DNA of 24,000 bases. It comes from Nitrincola lacisaponensis (GTDB lineage Bacteria > Pseudomonadota > Gammaproteobacteria > Pseudomonadales > Balneatricaceae). The stretch lies in contig NZ_JMSZ01000021.1 in the NCBI RefSeq assembly GCF_000691225.1, positions 109,764-133,763 on the forward strand, written 5' to 3'. The stretch's first letter is position 1. Each line of letters begins with the position of its first letter. The position numbers and the translations under genes were made by a program. Positions 1 to 7,556 of the stretch are shown piece by piece. The notes under the pieces were generated by a model. The model saw only the letters and a program-made list of their open reading frames with translations. It was not told the DNA's origin and did no database searches.

Positions 1-200
1 TCCCAGGGTTGTTGCAGGAGAGGTTCATTTAACCAGCTCAGTGCATTGCCGCGTATACGCCAGCTGAAGTAGCGCGGCGGCAACGACAGGCAATGCCAGT
101 CAAATTCCGGCAGAGCCTTCACCAATTGTTGTCGCCAGCGTTGGTGGCTGGCTGCATCATAGGCTGAGAGAATCAGTATTCGTGGACGGTGAGTGTGCAT
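1..200 (-). CDS. DUF3524-type glycosyltransferase (tRNA-queuosine mannosyltransferase-like), N-terminal fragment; the gene runs off the left edge
   Basis: I translated the minus strand by hand from the ATG at 200-198. It reads MHTHRPRILILSAYDAASHQRWRQQLVKALPEFDWHCLSLPPRYFSWRIRGNALSWLNEPLLQQPW, open to the window edge. The pattern ILxLSAYDAxSH...LSLPPRYFSWRIRGN matches my memory of DUF3524 N-terminal domains. It is absent from the ORF track because it is truncated. No obvious Shine-Dalgarno. Confidence 0.55.
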   Translation of the reverse strand, partial: MHTHRPRILILSAYDAASHQRWRQQLVKALPEFDWHCLSLPPRYFSWRIRGNALSWLNEPLLQQPW

Positions 201-358
201 GTCAGGGTGTGGTGTCACTCGGGTAATTGATACAGCGGTTTTGCAAACGCACTGTATCCATGGACTTTTTTCGGTATGATGTAGTCAAGCGTACCATAGC
301 TTTCGATGCGCATCCTTGGGTTTTGCCTGTTTTTTACTCTGAAAGGTCGATTGTGTTG

Positions 359-1147
359 ATGAACTCGTTATCTGTTCTCGTTGTCGATGATGCAAAATTT
401 ATTTGTGAACTCGTGACCAAAATTGTTAAGAACTCCTTTCCCGGTTCTACGGTGACGGCTGCCTATCATGGGCAAGAAGCACAGTCGTTGATGAAACAGG
501 CGAAGTTTGACCTGATTCTATGTGACTGGGAAATGCCCAAGATGAGTGGGCTGGAGCTATTGACCTGGACACGTCAGCAACCGAGCTATCAGACAACGCC
601 TTTTGTTATGGTGACCAGTCGTGGTGAGCGCGAGTATGTATTGAAGGCGATTCAGGCCGGGGTGAATGACTATCTCGGCAAGCCTTTTACCGCAGAGCAG
701 CTGACCCAGAAAATGAACAAGCTGTTATCCGGGGAAACGCGGGGGCCCAGTGCCCGCAAAGTCGATCAGGCGGCACAGACTTTGAGCAAAGCTCAAGAAA
801 CAGCGGCTCAAGCTGCCACACAAAAAACATCGTTGAAAGCCAAAGGTCTGGCTCAGTTGCGTGTTCGGGATCAGGTGATTAAATGTGCCATCAAGGATCT
901 GAGCTTGAGAGACGTGCTGGTGGTGATCAAGAATGAAGGTGTATTTCCGACTATCCTTGATCAGGCGGTTGTCGATATAGAGCAGCTCTCTGGTGGCAGC
1001 GTGGCGCGCGTCAATGGTTTTATTGAGCGTATCGAAGCTCTGGAGCGTAAGGTGGATGCAGCGTTTATCCATGTCAAAGTCGCATTTGTCGACGATGACC
1101 CTGAAAAAATGGAACACCTGTCTCGCTACATCGCTTCGGTACGCTGA
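359..1147 (+). CDS. Response regulator: CheY-like receiver domain fused to a C-terminal PilZ-like (degenerate) domain
   Basis: The receiver signature is complete: VLVVDD, phospho-acceptor LILCDWEMP, VMVTS, YLGKPF. The C-terminal ~100 aa has PilZ-like beta-barrel periodicity with DLSLRD in place of D/NxSxxG. The ORF-track start at 227 is a TTG far upstream of the receiver. The ATG at 359 (or GTG at 353, 6 nt after aaagg) gives the usual short N-terminus. Confidence 0.85.
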   Translation: MNSLSVLVVDDAKFICELVTKIVKNSFPGSTVTAAYHGQEAQSLMKQAKFDLILCDWEMPKMSGLELLTWTRQQPSYQTTPFVMVTSRGEREYVLKAIQAGVNDYLGKPFTAEQLTQKMNKLLSGETRGPSARKVDQAAQTLSKAQETAAQAATQKTSLKAKGLAQLRVRDQVIKCAIKDLSLRDVLVVIKNEGVFPTILDQAVVDIEQLSGGSVARVNGFIERIEALERKVDAAFIHVKVAFVDDDPEKMEHLSRYIASVR

Positions 1148-1161
1148 ACGTTTTGAGTTGA

Positions 1162-1566
1162 TTACTCCACCCTGATAGTGATTTTCTCGGAAATCATCGG
1201 TTCAGCGTGTGGAATGTGCATCTTGTCGCCCAGTAGCAGTTGTAATGTATGTTCCCCGGGTTCCATTTCCAGTGTCACTTCCGTCTGTCCACCACCAAAA
1301 TGCAAATGACGCTCGTCAGTTGGTACCGGCATGTCCAGCGGAGGCAAGGTCTCCACGTTAATTAACAGATGATGATGTCCGGTGTTGGGAAAGTCTATAC
1401 CGGCAGGTGCAACGCCCATGCCTTTCAGTCCAAACTTCACAGTGACCGGGCTATTTACAGTTTCGCCATCTGCGGGTGAGATAATGTATAGCGTCTTATC
1501 CTCGGCAGTTAAAGGCGCCAGCGGCAGTAACAGCAGCACGCTGATCAGAGGGGCATACCATTTCAT
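1162..1566 (-). CDS. Secreted DUF4399 domain protein (function unknown)
   Basis: N-terminal signal peptide MKWYAPLISVLLLLPLAPLTA. The body (ISPADGETV..VKFGLKGMGVAPAG...GHHHLLIN...HFGGGQTE...PGEHTLQLLLGD) matches my recollection of the DUF4399 family. A good SD (aggag) precedes the ATG at 1566. Confidence 0.75.
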   Translation of the reverse strand: MKWYAPLISVLLLLPLAPLTAEDKTLYIISPADGETVNSPVTVKFGLKGMGVAPAGIDFPNTGHHHLLINVETLPPLDMPVPTDERHLHFGGGQTEVTLEMEPGEHTLQLLLGDKMHIPHAEPMISEKITIRVE

Positions 1567-1678
1567 GATGAACTCCTGTTATGTTTATTGTTGAGTGCAT
1601 GCAGTCAATTCAGCCTAGATCAGACCGGGCATTTGTCAATTTTCTCCTGAATTGGAGCGTTCTCTTGAGTGTTGTGAG

Positions 1679-1695
1679 TGTGCAAATTTTGTACA
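1679..1695. promoter_or_regulatory. Imperfect 17-bp palindrome TGTGCAAATTTTGTACA, candidate operator upstream of the dehydrogenase/racemase-like operon
   Basis: The half-sites TGTnCAAA / TTTGnACA match in 7 of 8 positions. It lies 58 bp upstream of the ATG at 1753 in a 186-bp divergent intergenic region. No cognate regulator gene is present in the window. Confidence 0.25.
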
Positions 1696-1752
1696 TTCCT
1701 TAAACCTCTTCTACAGTCATAGACTCGGGCTTTAACAAGCAGGGGAGAGGAT

Positions 1753-2907
1753 ATGATTCCGCGCACCATGGCAGCCATGTGCCTGATGGGACATGGTGGA
1801 CTCGATCAGTTAATTTACCGGGAAGATGTGCCTGTACCTCAGCCGGGACGTGATGAGGTGTTGGTTCAGGTGACTGCGACGGCAAAAAACAACACCGACC
1901 GTAAAGTGCGTGAAGGACTTTATCCGGTCAACCCAACGGACCAGGCCACTTCTTTTCAAATGAGTGGATCGGCTACGCTCAAGTTTCCACGTATTCAGGG
2001 AGCCGATGTAGTGGGGCGGGTAGCTGCCGTTGGCGTCGGCGTACCTGATACACGTATTGGCGAGAGAGGGCTGCTGGATTTCAATCTCTACGCCAGTGAA
2101 TCTGATCAGATCAATTTGGTCCCGGATTATTATGGCCATGGAGCCGATGGTGGCTATGCCGAGTATGTGGTAGTGAAGTCCAGCCAGTTTTATTGCATCG
2201 ACAATCCGGAACTGGCTGATGCCGAGCTGGCGGCACTGGGGATGTGTTCCTATCAGACTGCTTTGCATATGTTAAACGTTGCCCAGGTTAAGGCGGGTGA
2301 GCGTATTCTGGTCTCGGGTGCCAGTGGCGGAGTCGGTACCGCATTGATCCAGCTGTGTCGCTTGCTGGGTGCAATTCCTTATGCTGTCAGTCAGCAGAAC
2401 AAGACGGCCGCTCTGATTGCTTTGGGCGCTGAAGCCGTTGTGGATCGTGGTGACCTGACAGATTTTGTTAAGCGCACCCTCGCAGTGACCGGAGGCGCAC
2501 CGATTGATGCAGTGATGGATCTGGTGGGGGGAGACATGACTGACCTTTTTATCGACACCATGATTCAGAATATGCGTGTACGTACGACCTACCCGCGTAT
2601 CAGCATTGCGGGTGCCAGTGGCGGAAATTTCAGCCGGATCATGTGGACGCGAATCTATCTCTATCAGGTGCAGTTGTTCGGAGTATCACATGGTACGCCT
2701 CAGGAAGCTCGTCAATTGATCACCTGGATTCGGTCTGGAAAACTGAAGCCCGTGTTGCAGGGGACATTCAAACTGTCACAGCTGCACCAAGCTGAAGAGT
2801 ATTTTATTGATCGTGATCAGAACCATCTGGGCAAGATTGTTATTGTGCCGGATGCACAGTGGGCTGAGCATGGGGCTCGCTTTGCTGTTCGTGGGCTCTC
2901 AGTATGA
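1753..2907 (+). CDS. Medium-chain dehydrogenase/reductase, zinc-free quinone-oxidoreductase-like (COG0604-type) NAD(P)H-dependent oxidoreductase
   Basis: MDR fold pattern: EVLVQV, PRIQGADVVGRV, GGYAEYVVV, and the Rossmann motif ILVSGASGGVGTALIQL. The catalytic Zn ligands (CGxCHxD) are absent. SD ggggagagg lies just upstream. The stop overlaps the next start (ATGA at 2904-2907). Confidence 0.85.
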   Translation: MIPRTMAAMCLMGHGGLDQLIYREDVPVPQPGRDEVLVQVTATAKNNTDRKVREGLYPVNPTDQATSFQMSGSATLKFPRIQGADVVGRVAAVGVGVPDTRIGERGLLDFNLYASESDQINLVPDYYGHGADGGYAEYVVVKSSQFYCIDNPELADAELAALGMCSYQTALHMLNVAQVKAGERILVSGASGGVGTALIQLCRLLGAIPYAVSQQNKTAALIALGAEAVVDRGDLTDFVKRTLAVTGGAPIDAVMDLVGGDMTDLFIDTMIQNMRVRTTYPRISIAGASGGNFSRIMWTRIYLYQVQLFGVSHGTPQEARQLITWIRSGKLKPVLQGTFKLSQLHQAEEYFIDRDQNHLGKIVIVPDAQWAEHGARFAVRGLSV

Positions 2908-3950
2908 AACGACATCAATTAAATCTCATGGACATGCATGCCGGTGGCGATGTCAGCCGTATTGTGTATGGGGGTGTCGGTTCCTTGCCGGGTGAAACAG
3001 TCAGGGCAAAGATGGAATATCTTCAGGACCATGCCGATGTCTTGCGGCGGGTGTTGTTAAATGAACCTTATGGCATACCTGAAATGTCTGTAGATCTGCT
3101 GGTGCCTGCATCCAACCCGAAAGCTGTGACAGGCTATATAATCATGGAAGTCATGGGATACCCGGTGTATTCCGGTTCAAATACCCTGTGTACGGCAACC
3201 GCTGTGCTGGAGCTGGGTCTGCTACCCAAGCAGGAAGGTCGGCAGCAATTTATACTCGAATCACCGGCTGGACTGGTGCAGATCGACGCTGAAATACGCG
3301 ACGGGGTGGTGGAGTCAATTACCTGTGAAGGCCTCCCTAGTTATATTGACACCTATCAGCAGACGATTTCAGTACCCGGCCTGGGCGAGGTAACCTATAG
3401 CATCGCGTACAGTGGTGGGTTTTATGTCCTGGTGGATGCCGCTGAATTGGGTTTTAGTCTGACATTGGATGAAGAGACACGCTTAAGTGCCTGTGCACAC
3501 GCTATTATTGAAGCGATTCGAGCCGAACGAAATTTCCGTCATTATTCTCTGGGTGATGTTGGGCCTATTCCTTTTCTGCATTTTATGGGGCCGGTGGAAA
3601 GTTCAGCTAAAGGACAGTTCACCTCCCGCTCGGCTACCTATGTACATCCGGGTGTCATCTGCCGCAGTACCACGGGTACCGGTACCTCTGCGCGTCTGGC
3701 TTTGATGCAGCATGAAAAGCGCATTCTGCCAGGTGATACACTGGAAACCTGCTCTTTGAGAGAAACCCGATTTGTGGGCCGATTTACCGGTTTGAGTCAG
3801 GCAGAAGGGCAAACGCTGGTTGAAAACAGCATTACCGGTAAAGCCTATGTGTTAAATCGTGCTGAAATAATCGTGAATTCAGATGATCCCATGGTGAAAA
3901 GTGGTGGGTTAGGCTCGCTGCTGCATCCACGTAAGGGAGGCTGCGAATAA
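2904..3950 (+). CDS. Proline racemase superfamily protein (racemase / hydroxyproline epimerase / dehydratase-like) with Ser/Thr at the two catalytic positions; substrate unknown
   Basis: Family motifs: MDMHAGGDVSRIV (compare IDSHTGGEPTR), NEPYG (EPRG), and RSTTGTGTSARLA (compare DRSPCGTGTSAKLA). The first catalytic Cys position (MCGH) reads YSGS, with the Ser codon at 3171-3173. The second reads Thr, at 3672-3674. Confidence 0.85.
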   Translation: MKRHQLNLMDMHAGGDVSRIVYGGVGSLPGETVRAKMEYLQDHADVLRRVLLNEPYGIPEMSVDLLVPASNPKAVTGYIIMEVMGYPVYSGSNTLCTATAVLELGLLPKQEGRQQFILESPAGLVQIDAEIRDGVVESITCEGLPSYIDTYQQTISVPGLGEVTYSIAYSGGFYVLVDAAELGFSLTLDEETRLSACAHAIIEAIRAERNFRHYSLGDVGPIPFLHFMGPVESSAKGQFTSRSATYVHPGVICRSTTGTGTSARLALMQHEKRILPGDTLETCSLRETRFVGRFTGLSQAEGQTLVENSITGKAYVLNRAEIIVNSDDPMVKSGGLGSLLHPRKGGCE

Positions 3951-3988
3951 TTCTACCGCATGGGATTTGGGCTTATTCGCAGCTTCCT
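3935..3988 (+). terminator. Long stem-loop spanning the stop codon of the racemase-like gene; possible terminator or mRNA-stabilising hairpin between convergent genes
   Basis: GCTGCGAATAA (3940-3950) is the perfect reverse complement of TTATTCGCAGC (3973-3983). In plus-strand RNA the stem extends to 16 bp with two G-U pairs (3935-3950 / 3973-3988). The loop is 22 nt. There is no clear U-tract afterwards, so it is not a canonical intrinsic terminator. Confidence 0.3.
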
Positions 3989-4042
3989 TAGGTGCTGCAA
4001 GCTTGTTGGCCTGCAGCAGAGAAGAAGATTATCCAGTGTGCA

Positions 4043-4465
4043 TCAGATAAACAACGCAGGAGATACGCCAAAGCGTTGGCTCAATGCTCTGATATGATGC
4101 AGATTCAGTTTTTTGCCCTCCGCCCCATTGAGCAGCTTGCTGACATTGCTTTTTGAGCCCAGCTCAGGCAGATCAGCAACACCAAGATTATGCTGTGCCA
4201 TTAGTGTTTTCAGCACAGCCAGACCCTTGTCCATATCAGCCAGCGCAGCATTGAACAAAGCGAACTCCTCAGCCTGATCTTCCCAGTTTTCGATGCTGAT
4301 GGACAGCATGTCGATCAGTGCCTTATTTGCACTGTAGTCATCAATCATTTCATCCATCAGCGCCAGGGCCAGCTCATAATCCTGTTGGGTGTTGATCTCA
4401 GTCAGATAGGGGATCTGTGCCAATGCTTCTCTGATTTCTATGCATGCAGTAGGGATCATAATCAT
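4043..4465 (-). CDS. higA: HigA-family antitoxin (E. coli YgjM type, C-terminal HTH)
   Basis: Close to my memory of E. coli HigA: EEFALFNA, VLKTLMAQHNLGVADLPELGSKSNVSKLL, LSQRFGVSPALFI. The start overlaps the higB stop (ATGA at 4462-4465), giving the toxin-first order typical of higBA. Confidence 0.9.
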   Translation of the reverse strand: MIMIPTACIEIREALAQIPYLTEINTQQDYELALALMDEMIDDYSANKALIDMLSISIENWEDQAEEFALFNAALADMDKGLAVLKTLMAQHNLGVADLPELGSKSNVSKLLNGAEGKKLNLHHIRALSQRFGVSPALFI

Positions 4466-4779
4466 GACTCCTTTGTTTGACGGTATTTATCAGTCAGTTT
4501 GTCATGCTCAGCATGGCTGACGACGTGTTTGACATACATCCTGTTGTCACGGAATTCTATGAAAGCGATCATTCGCAGATTATGGCCTCCAATATCGATG
4601 ACCCACCATTTATCCCTATAGCATGCTGGTTTCAGAAATGGAAACCAGTAATTTGTTATTGATTTAGATGTATATGCGCCCACCCACTCCTGGCCTGGAT
4701 GGCCGATCTGACAACGACTGAAAATAACGTTTTCCCCCTCGTTTTGTGTCAGTGTTTTTGCTATGTTCGAAGTCAGCAT
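4462..4779 (-). CDS. higB: HigB-family toxin (RelE/ParE-fold mRNA interferase, E. coli YgjN type)
   Basis: The C-terminal two thirds (FPFLKPACYRDKWWVIDIGGHNLRMIAFIEFRDNRMYVKHVVSHAEHDKLT) match the HigB_toxin pattern (NKWWV..VGGN.LR.IA...F......V..V.tH.EYDK). The ATG at 4779 gives 105 aa. The 123-aa ORF-track version needs a TTG start and would overlap the divergent ligase gene. Confidence 0.85.
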   Translation of the reverse strand: MLTSNIAKTLTQNEGENVIFSRCQIGHPGQEWVGAYTSKSITNYWFPFLKPACYRDKWWVIDIGGHNLRMIAFIEFRDNRMYVKHVVSHAEHDKLTDKYRQTKES

Positions 4780-4792
4780 AACAATAACAGAC

Positions 4793-4821
4793 TGTTTTAA
4801 AACATGATGAGGTGTTGGCAA
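4793..4821 (-). promoter_or_regulatory. Putative higBA promoter with an overlapping perfect 12-bp palindrome (candidate HigA operator)
   Basis: The minus strand reads TTGCCA (4821-4816), a 16-nt spacer, then TAAAAC (4799-4794). This leaves only a very short leader before the ATG at 4779, which fits the missing SD. The perfect palindrome TGTTTTAAAACA at 4793-4804 covers the -10. The -35 lies within the first codons of the divergent ligase gene. Confidence 0.3.
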
Positions 4822-6185
4822 TGGAGTTTGCAAGGGTGCAGGAAGCGCTGGATTTTCTGCAGCGTTATCCCGAAATAGAGTTGTTTGAGTTGTTTATTCT
4901 GGATGCCAATGGTGTGCCCAGAGGAAAGTTATTACATCGTGAAGAACTGCTGCCTGTGTTTGAATCCGGGCGGCCTTTGCCGAGCACAATTATGGGTTTG
5001 TCGATTCTCGGTGAGGATGTCGAAAACTCCGGTCTGGTCTGGGATGTTGGTGATGTGGATTGCCGTGCCTATCCACTGCCGTGCAGTCTGGTCCCCTTGC
5101 CCTGGCGTACGATACCGACGGCTGCGCTGCAGGTCAGTATGCATCCACAGAGTGGCTTGCCAGCTGCGGTGGCTGATCCGAGACACTTGCTGATTCAGTG
5201 TATCGAACGTCTGAGAGCGCTCGGGTATGATCCTGTCATGGCCTGTGAACTGGAATTCTATTTGCTGGACCCTCAAACCGAAACGGCGGCGGGTCCTCTT
5301 CTGGCGGCGGAGCCGGGTGGACGTCGTCCTGAGGATACACAGGTGTATGGTTTGCGCGAGCTGGAACAGTTGGAGCCCTTTCTGGCTGATCTCTATGCGG
5401 CCTGCAAACTTCAGGGGATTCCTGCCAGAACCGCCATTTCGGAATATGCGCCGGGGCAGGTTGAAATCACGTTGCAGCATGGTGATGCATTAACGGCCAT
5501 GGATCAGGCGGTCAGATACAAGCGTCTGGTCAAGGGTGTGGCGCATCGTCACGGCATGCAGGCCTGTTTCATGGCCAAACCCTTCTCACACCTTTCCGGT
5601 TCAGGTATGCACATGCATATCAGTCTGAATGACTCCAGGGGCGATAACCTCTATGCCAGTGATGACCCCGCAGGTACGGAGTTGTTGCGTTGGTCTATTG
5701 GCGGTCTTCTGGCCTCGCTGACAGACTCCTTGCTGTTTTTCTGTCCCAATGCCAACTCCTACCGGCGCTTTCAGTCGGAAAGCTACGCACCTTTGGCCCC
5801 GACCTGGGGGGTTGATAATCGCACGGTCTCCATGCGGATTCCGGGTGGCCCTCCGTCCAGTCGACATATTGAGCATCGTATCTGTGGCGCAGATGCCAAT
5901 CCTTATCTCGCAGCTGCGGCGATACTGGCAGGTGTTTTGCGAGGTGTGGCCGGACAGATGGATCCGGGTGTTCCGGTAACCGGTAATGGTTATGCCCAGG
6001 TGACAGAAACGCTGCCTGGTGACTGGTTGACAACACTGGATGCGGCAGCGCAATCAGATTGGCTGGCTGAACAGATGGGCGAGGCGTTTATGAAGGTATA
6101 TCTTGCCGTCAAGCGTGCCGAGTATCAGCAGTTTATGTCTCAGGTGAGTGAGCAGGATTGGCGCTGGTATCGTTACACTACCTGA
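4821..6185 (+). CDS. Glutamine synthetase family protein, gamma-glutamyl-amine (polyamine) ligase type (PuuA/PauA-like)
   Basis: GS catalytic-domain motifs: ACELEFYLL, GSGMHMHISL, NSYRRF, RIEHRICGADANPYL. The N-terminus (LQRYPEIELFELFILDANGVPRGKLL) aligns with the E. coli PuuA N-terminus as I remember it. The ATG at 4821 sits 8 nt after gagg. The ORF track starts at the GTG at 4812. Confidence 0.88.
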   Translation: MEFARVQEALDFLQRYPEIELFELFILDANGVPRGKLLHREELLPVFESGRPLPSTIMGLSILGEDVENSGLVWDVGDVDCRAYPLPCSLVPLPWRTIPTAALQVSMHPQSGLPAAVADPRHLLIQCIERLRALGYDPVMACELEFYLLDPQTETAAGPLLAAEPGGRRPEDTQVYGLRELEQLEPFLADLYAACKLQGIPARTAISEYAPGQVEITLQHGDALTAMDQAVRYKRLVKGVAHRHGMQACFMAKPFSHLSGSGMHMHISLNDSRGDNLYASDDPAGTELLRWSIGGLLASLTDSLLFFCPNANSYRRFQSESYAPLAPTWGVDNRTVSMRIPGGPPSSRHIEHRICGADANPYLAAAAILAGVLRGVAGQMDPGVPVTGNGYAQVTETLPGDWLTTLDAAAQSDWLAEQMGEAFMKVYLAVKRAEYQQFMSQVSEQDWRWYRYTT

Positions 6186-6217
6186 TGATGCTCAGATGAA
6201 CTCATAAGGATTTAACC

Positions 6218-7531
6218 ATGCAAGCAAGTCAATTGGCAGGCCCACCACGTCAGGAACGTCTGCCTTCCTATTATCACAGTAGCCTGAATGACACGACGAC
6301 TTACCCGAGGCTGGAGGGAGACAGCGAGGCAGACGTCGTCATTATCGGTGCGGGCTTTACCGGAATTGCCTCTGCCGTGGAGTTGTCCGAGCGCGGTTAT
6401 CGCGTAGCTGTTGTGGAGGCCAACCGGGTAGGTTGGGGGGCATCCGGTCGTAACGGTGGCCAGGTGACTGGCAGCCTGTCCGGTGATACGGCCATGCGCA
6501 AACAGATGCGAGCCAGCCTGGGTGATGAGGTGGATGACTTTATCTGGTTTTTACGCTGGCGCGGTCACGATATTATTCGTCAACGCATAGAGAAGTATGG
6601 AATTGATTGTGATCTTCGTTTCGGGCACCTGCACACGGCTATGAAGCCTGTCCACTTGCAGGAACTGGAAGAGAGCTATGCCGAAGCGCAGCAGCGGGGA
6701 ATGGCCGATGAGGTCAGTTTACTGGATGCTCAGGGGGTCCGGGAAATTCTGGCAACAGATCTTTACTGCGGAGCAATTCGGAATAATCGCAACATGCATC
6801 TGCATCCTCTGAATCTGTGTATGGGTGAGGCGCGTGCGGCGGCGTCCCTGGGCGCGCAAATTTACGAGCATACCCGGGTTGAGGATATTCTGCCTGGAGA
6901 TCAGCCGATCGTGGTGACTGATGCCGGGCGTATTCGCGCCAGGCACGTGCTGTTGGCAGGCGATGTGTATCATCGCCTGGCGCGTCGACAGCTGTCCGGG
7001 ATGATTTTTCCGGCCATGGGCGGGATCGTCACCACTGAACCGCTGGGTGATCTGGCCAGGACGCTTAACCCTGAATGCCTGGCCGTGTATGACTGTCGTT
7101 TTGTGCTGGATTATTATCGTATGACAGCAGATGGCCGTCTGTTGTTTGGCGGAGGATGCAATTACTCAGGTCGTGACTCCCGTGATATTGCGGCGGAGCT
7201 GAGGCCTGCCATTGAAACAACGTTTCCGCAGCTAAAAGGGGTGGCGATTGAGCATCAGTGGAGTTGTGCCATGGGTATCGTAGTCAACCGTATTCCGCAA
7301 TTGGGGCAAGTTTCGCCGAATGTCTGGTATTGTCAGGGCTATTCCGGACATGGTGTGGCCAGTAGCCACATTATGGGTGAAATCATGGCAGATGCCATCA
7401 GCGGCCAACTGGAAAAATTTGATGTGTTTTCCCGCTGCTCGCATGTACGTGTTCCGATGGGCGATTGGCTGGGTAATCCTATGCTGGCTGCCGGGATGTG
7501 GTACTACCGGTTAAAAGAAGCGTTGCGCTGA
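6218..7531 (+). CDS. FAD-dependent oxidoreductase, DAO family (gamma-glutamylputrescine oxidoreductase PuuB/PauB-like)
   Basis: N-terminal dinucleotide fold DVVIIGAGFTGIASAVELSERGYRVAVVEA. DAO-family length and a C-terminal GYSGHGV motif. It lies immediately downstream of a PuuA-like ligase. SD aagga precedes the ATG. Confidence 0.85.
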   Translation: MQASQLAGPPRQERLPSYYHSSLNDTTTYPRLEGDSEADVVIIGAGFTGIASAVELSERGYRVAVVEANRVGWGASGRNGGQVTGSLSGDTAMRKQMRASLGDEVDDFIWFLRWRGHDIIRQRIEKYGIDCDLRFGHLHTAMKPVHLQELEESYAEAQQRGMADEVSLLDAQGVREILATDLYCGAIRNNRNMHLHPLNLCMGEARAAASLGAQIYEHTRVEDILPGDQPIVVTDAGRIRARHVLLAGDVYHRLARRQLSGMIFPAMGGIVTTEPLGDLARTLNPECLAVYDCRFVLDYYRMTADGRLLFGGGCNYSGRDSRDIAAELRPAIETTFPQLKGVAIEHQWSCAMGIVVNRIPQLGQVSPNVWYCQGYSGHGVASSHIMGEIMADAISGQLEKFDVFSRCSHVRVPMGDWLGNPMLAAGMWYYRLKEALR

Positions 7532-7556
7532 ATTCAACTGAAACAGGGGGCAATAA

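Noticed and set aside
227-358. 44-aa N-terminal extension of the response regulator (ORF-track start at 227)
   Set aside because: The start is a TTG, the extension has no domain, and receiver domains normally begin a few residues before the hhhhDD strand. ATG 359 or GTG 353 is preferred.
916-923. E. coli Chi octamer GCTGGTGG (also at 15973-15980)
   Set aside because: I spotted only two copies in 24 kb by eye, with no obvious enrichment or orientation bias. Chi sequences are species-specific, so this says nothing about this RecBCD enzyme. A genome-wide skewed-oligomer analysis would be needed.
4004-4819. 7-bp direct repeat TGTTGGC flanking the higBA module (4004-4010 and 4813-4819) as a possible target-site duplication
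   Set aside because: It is too short to distinguish from chance in 24 kb. No transposase, integrase or inverted terminal repeats accompany it.
4816-4832. Sigma-54-like element TGGCA-N9-TTGCA on the plus strand
   Set aside because: The GG-to-GC spacing is one nt longer than the -24/-12 consensus. It also sits on or after the ligase start codon, so it could not drive that gene. It is probably chance.
4780-4833. Extended 123-aa HigB starting at TTG 4833
   Set aside because: The extra 18 residues (MQTPLPTPHHVLKQSVIV) have no counterpart in HigB toxins. The start is a TTG, and it would overlap the divergent ligase start. The ATG at 4779 gives a family-typical 105 aa.
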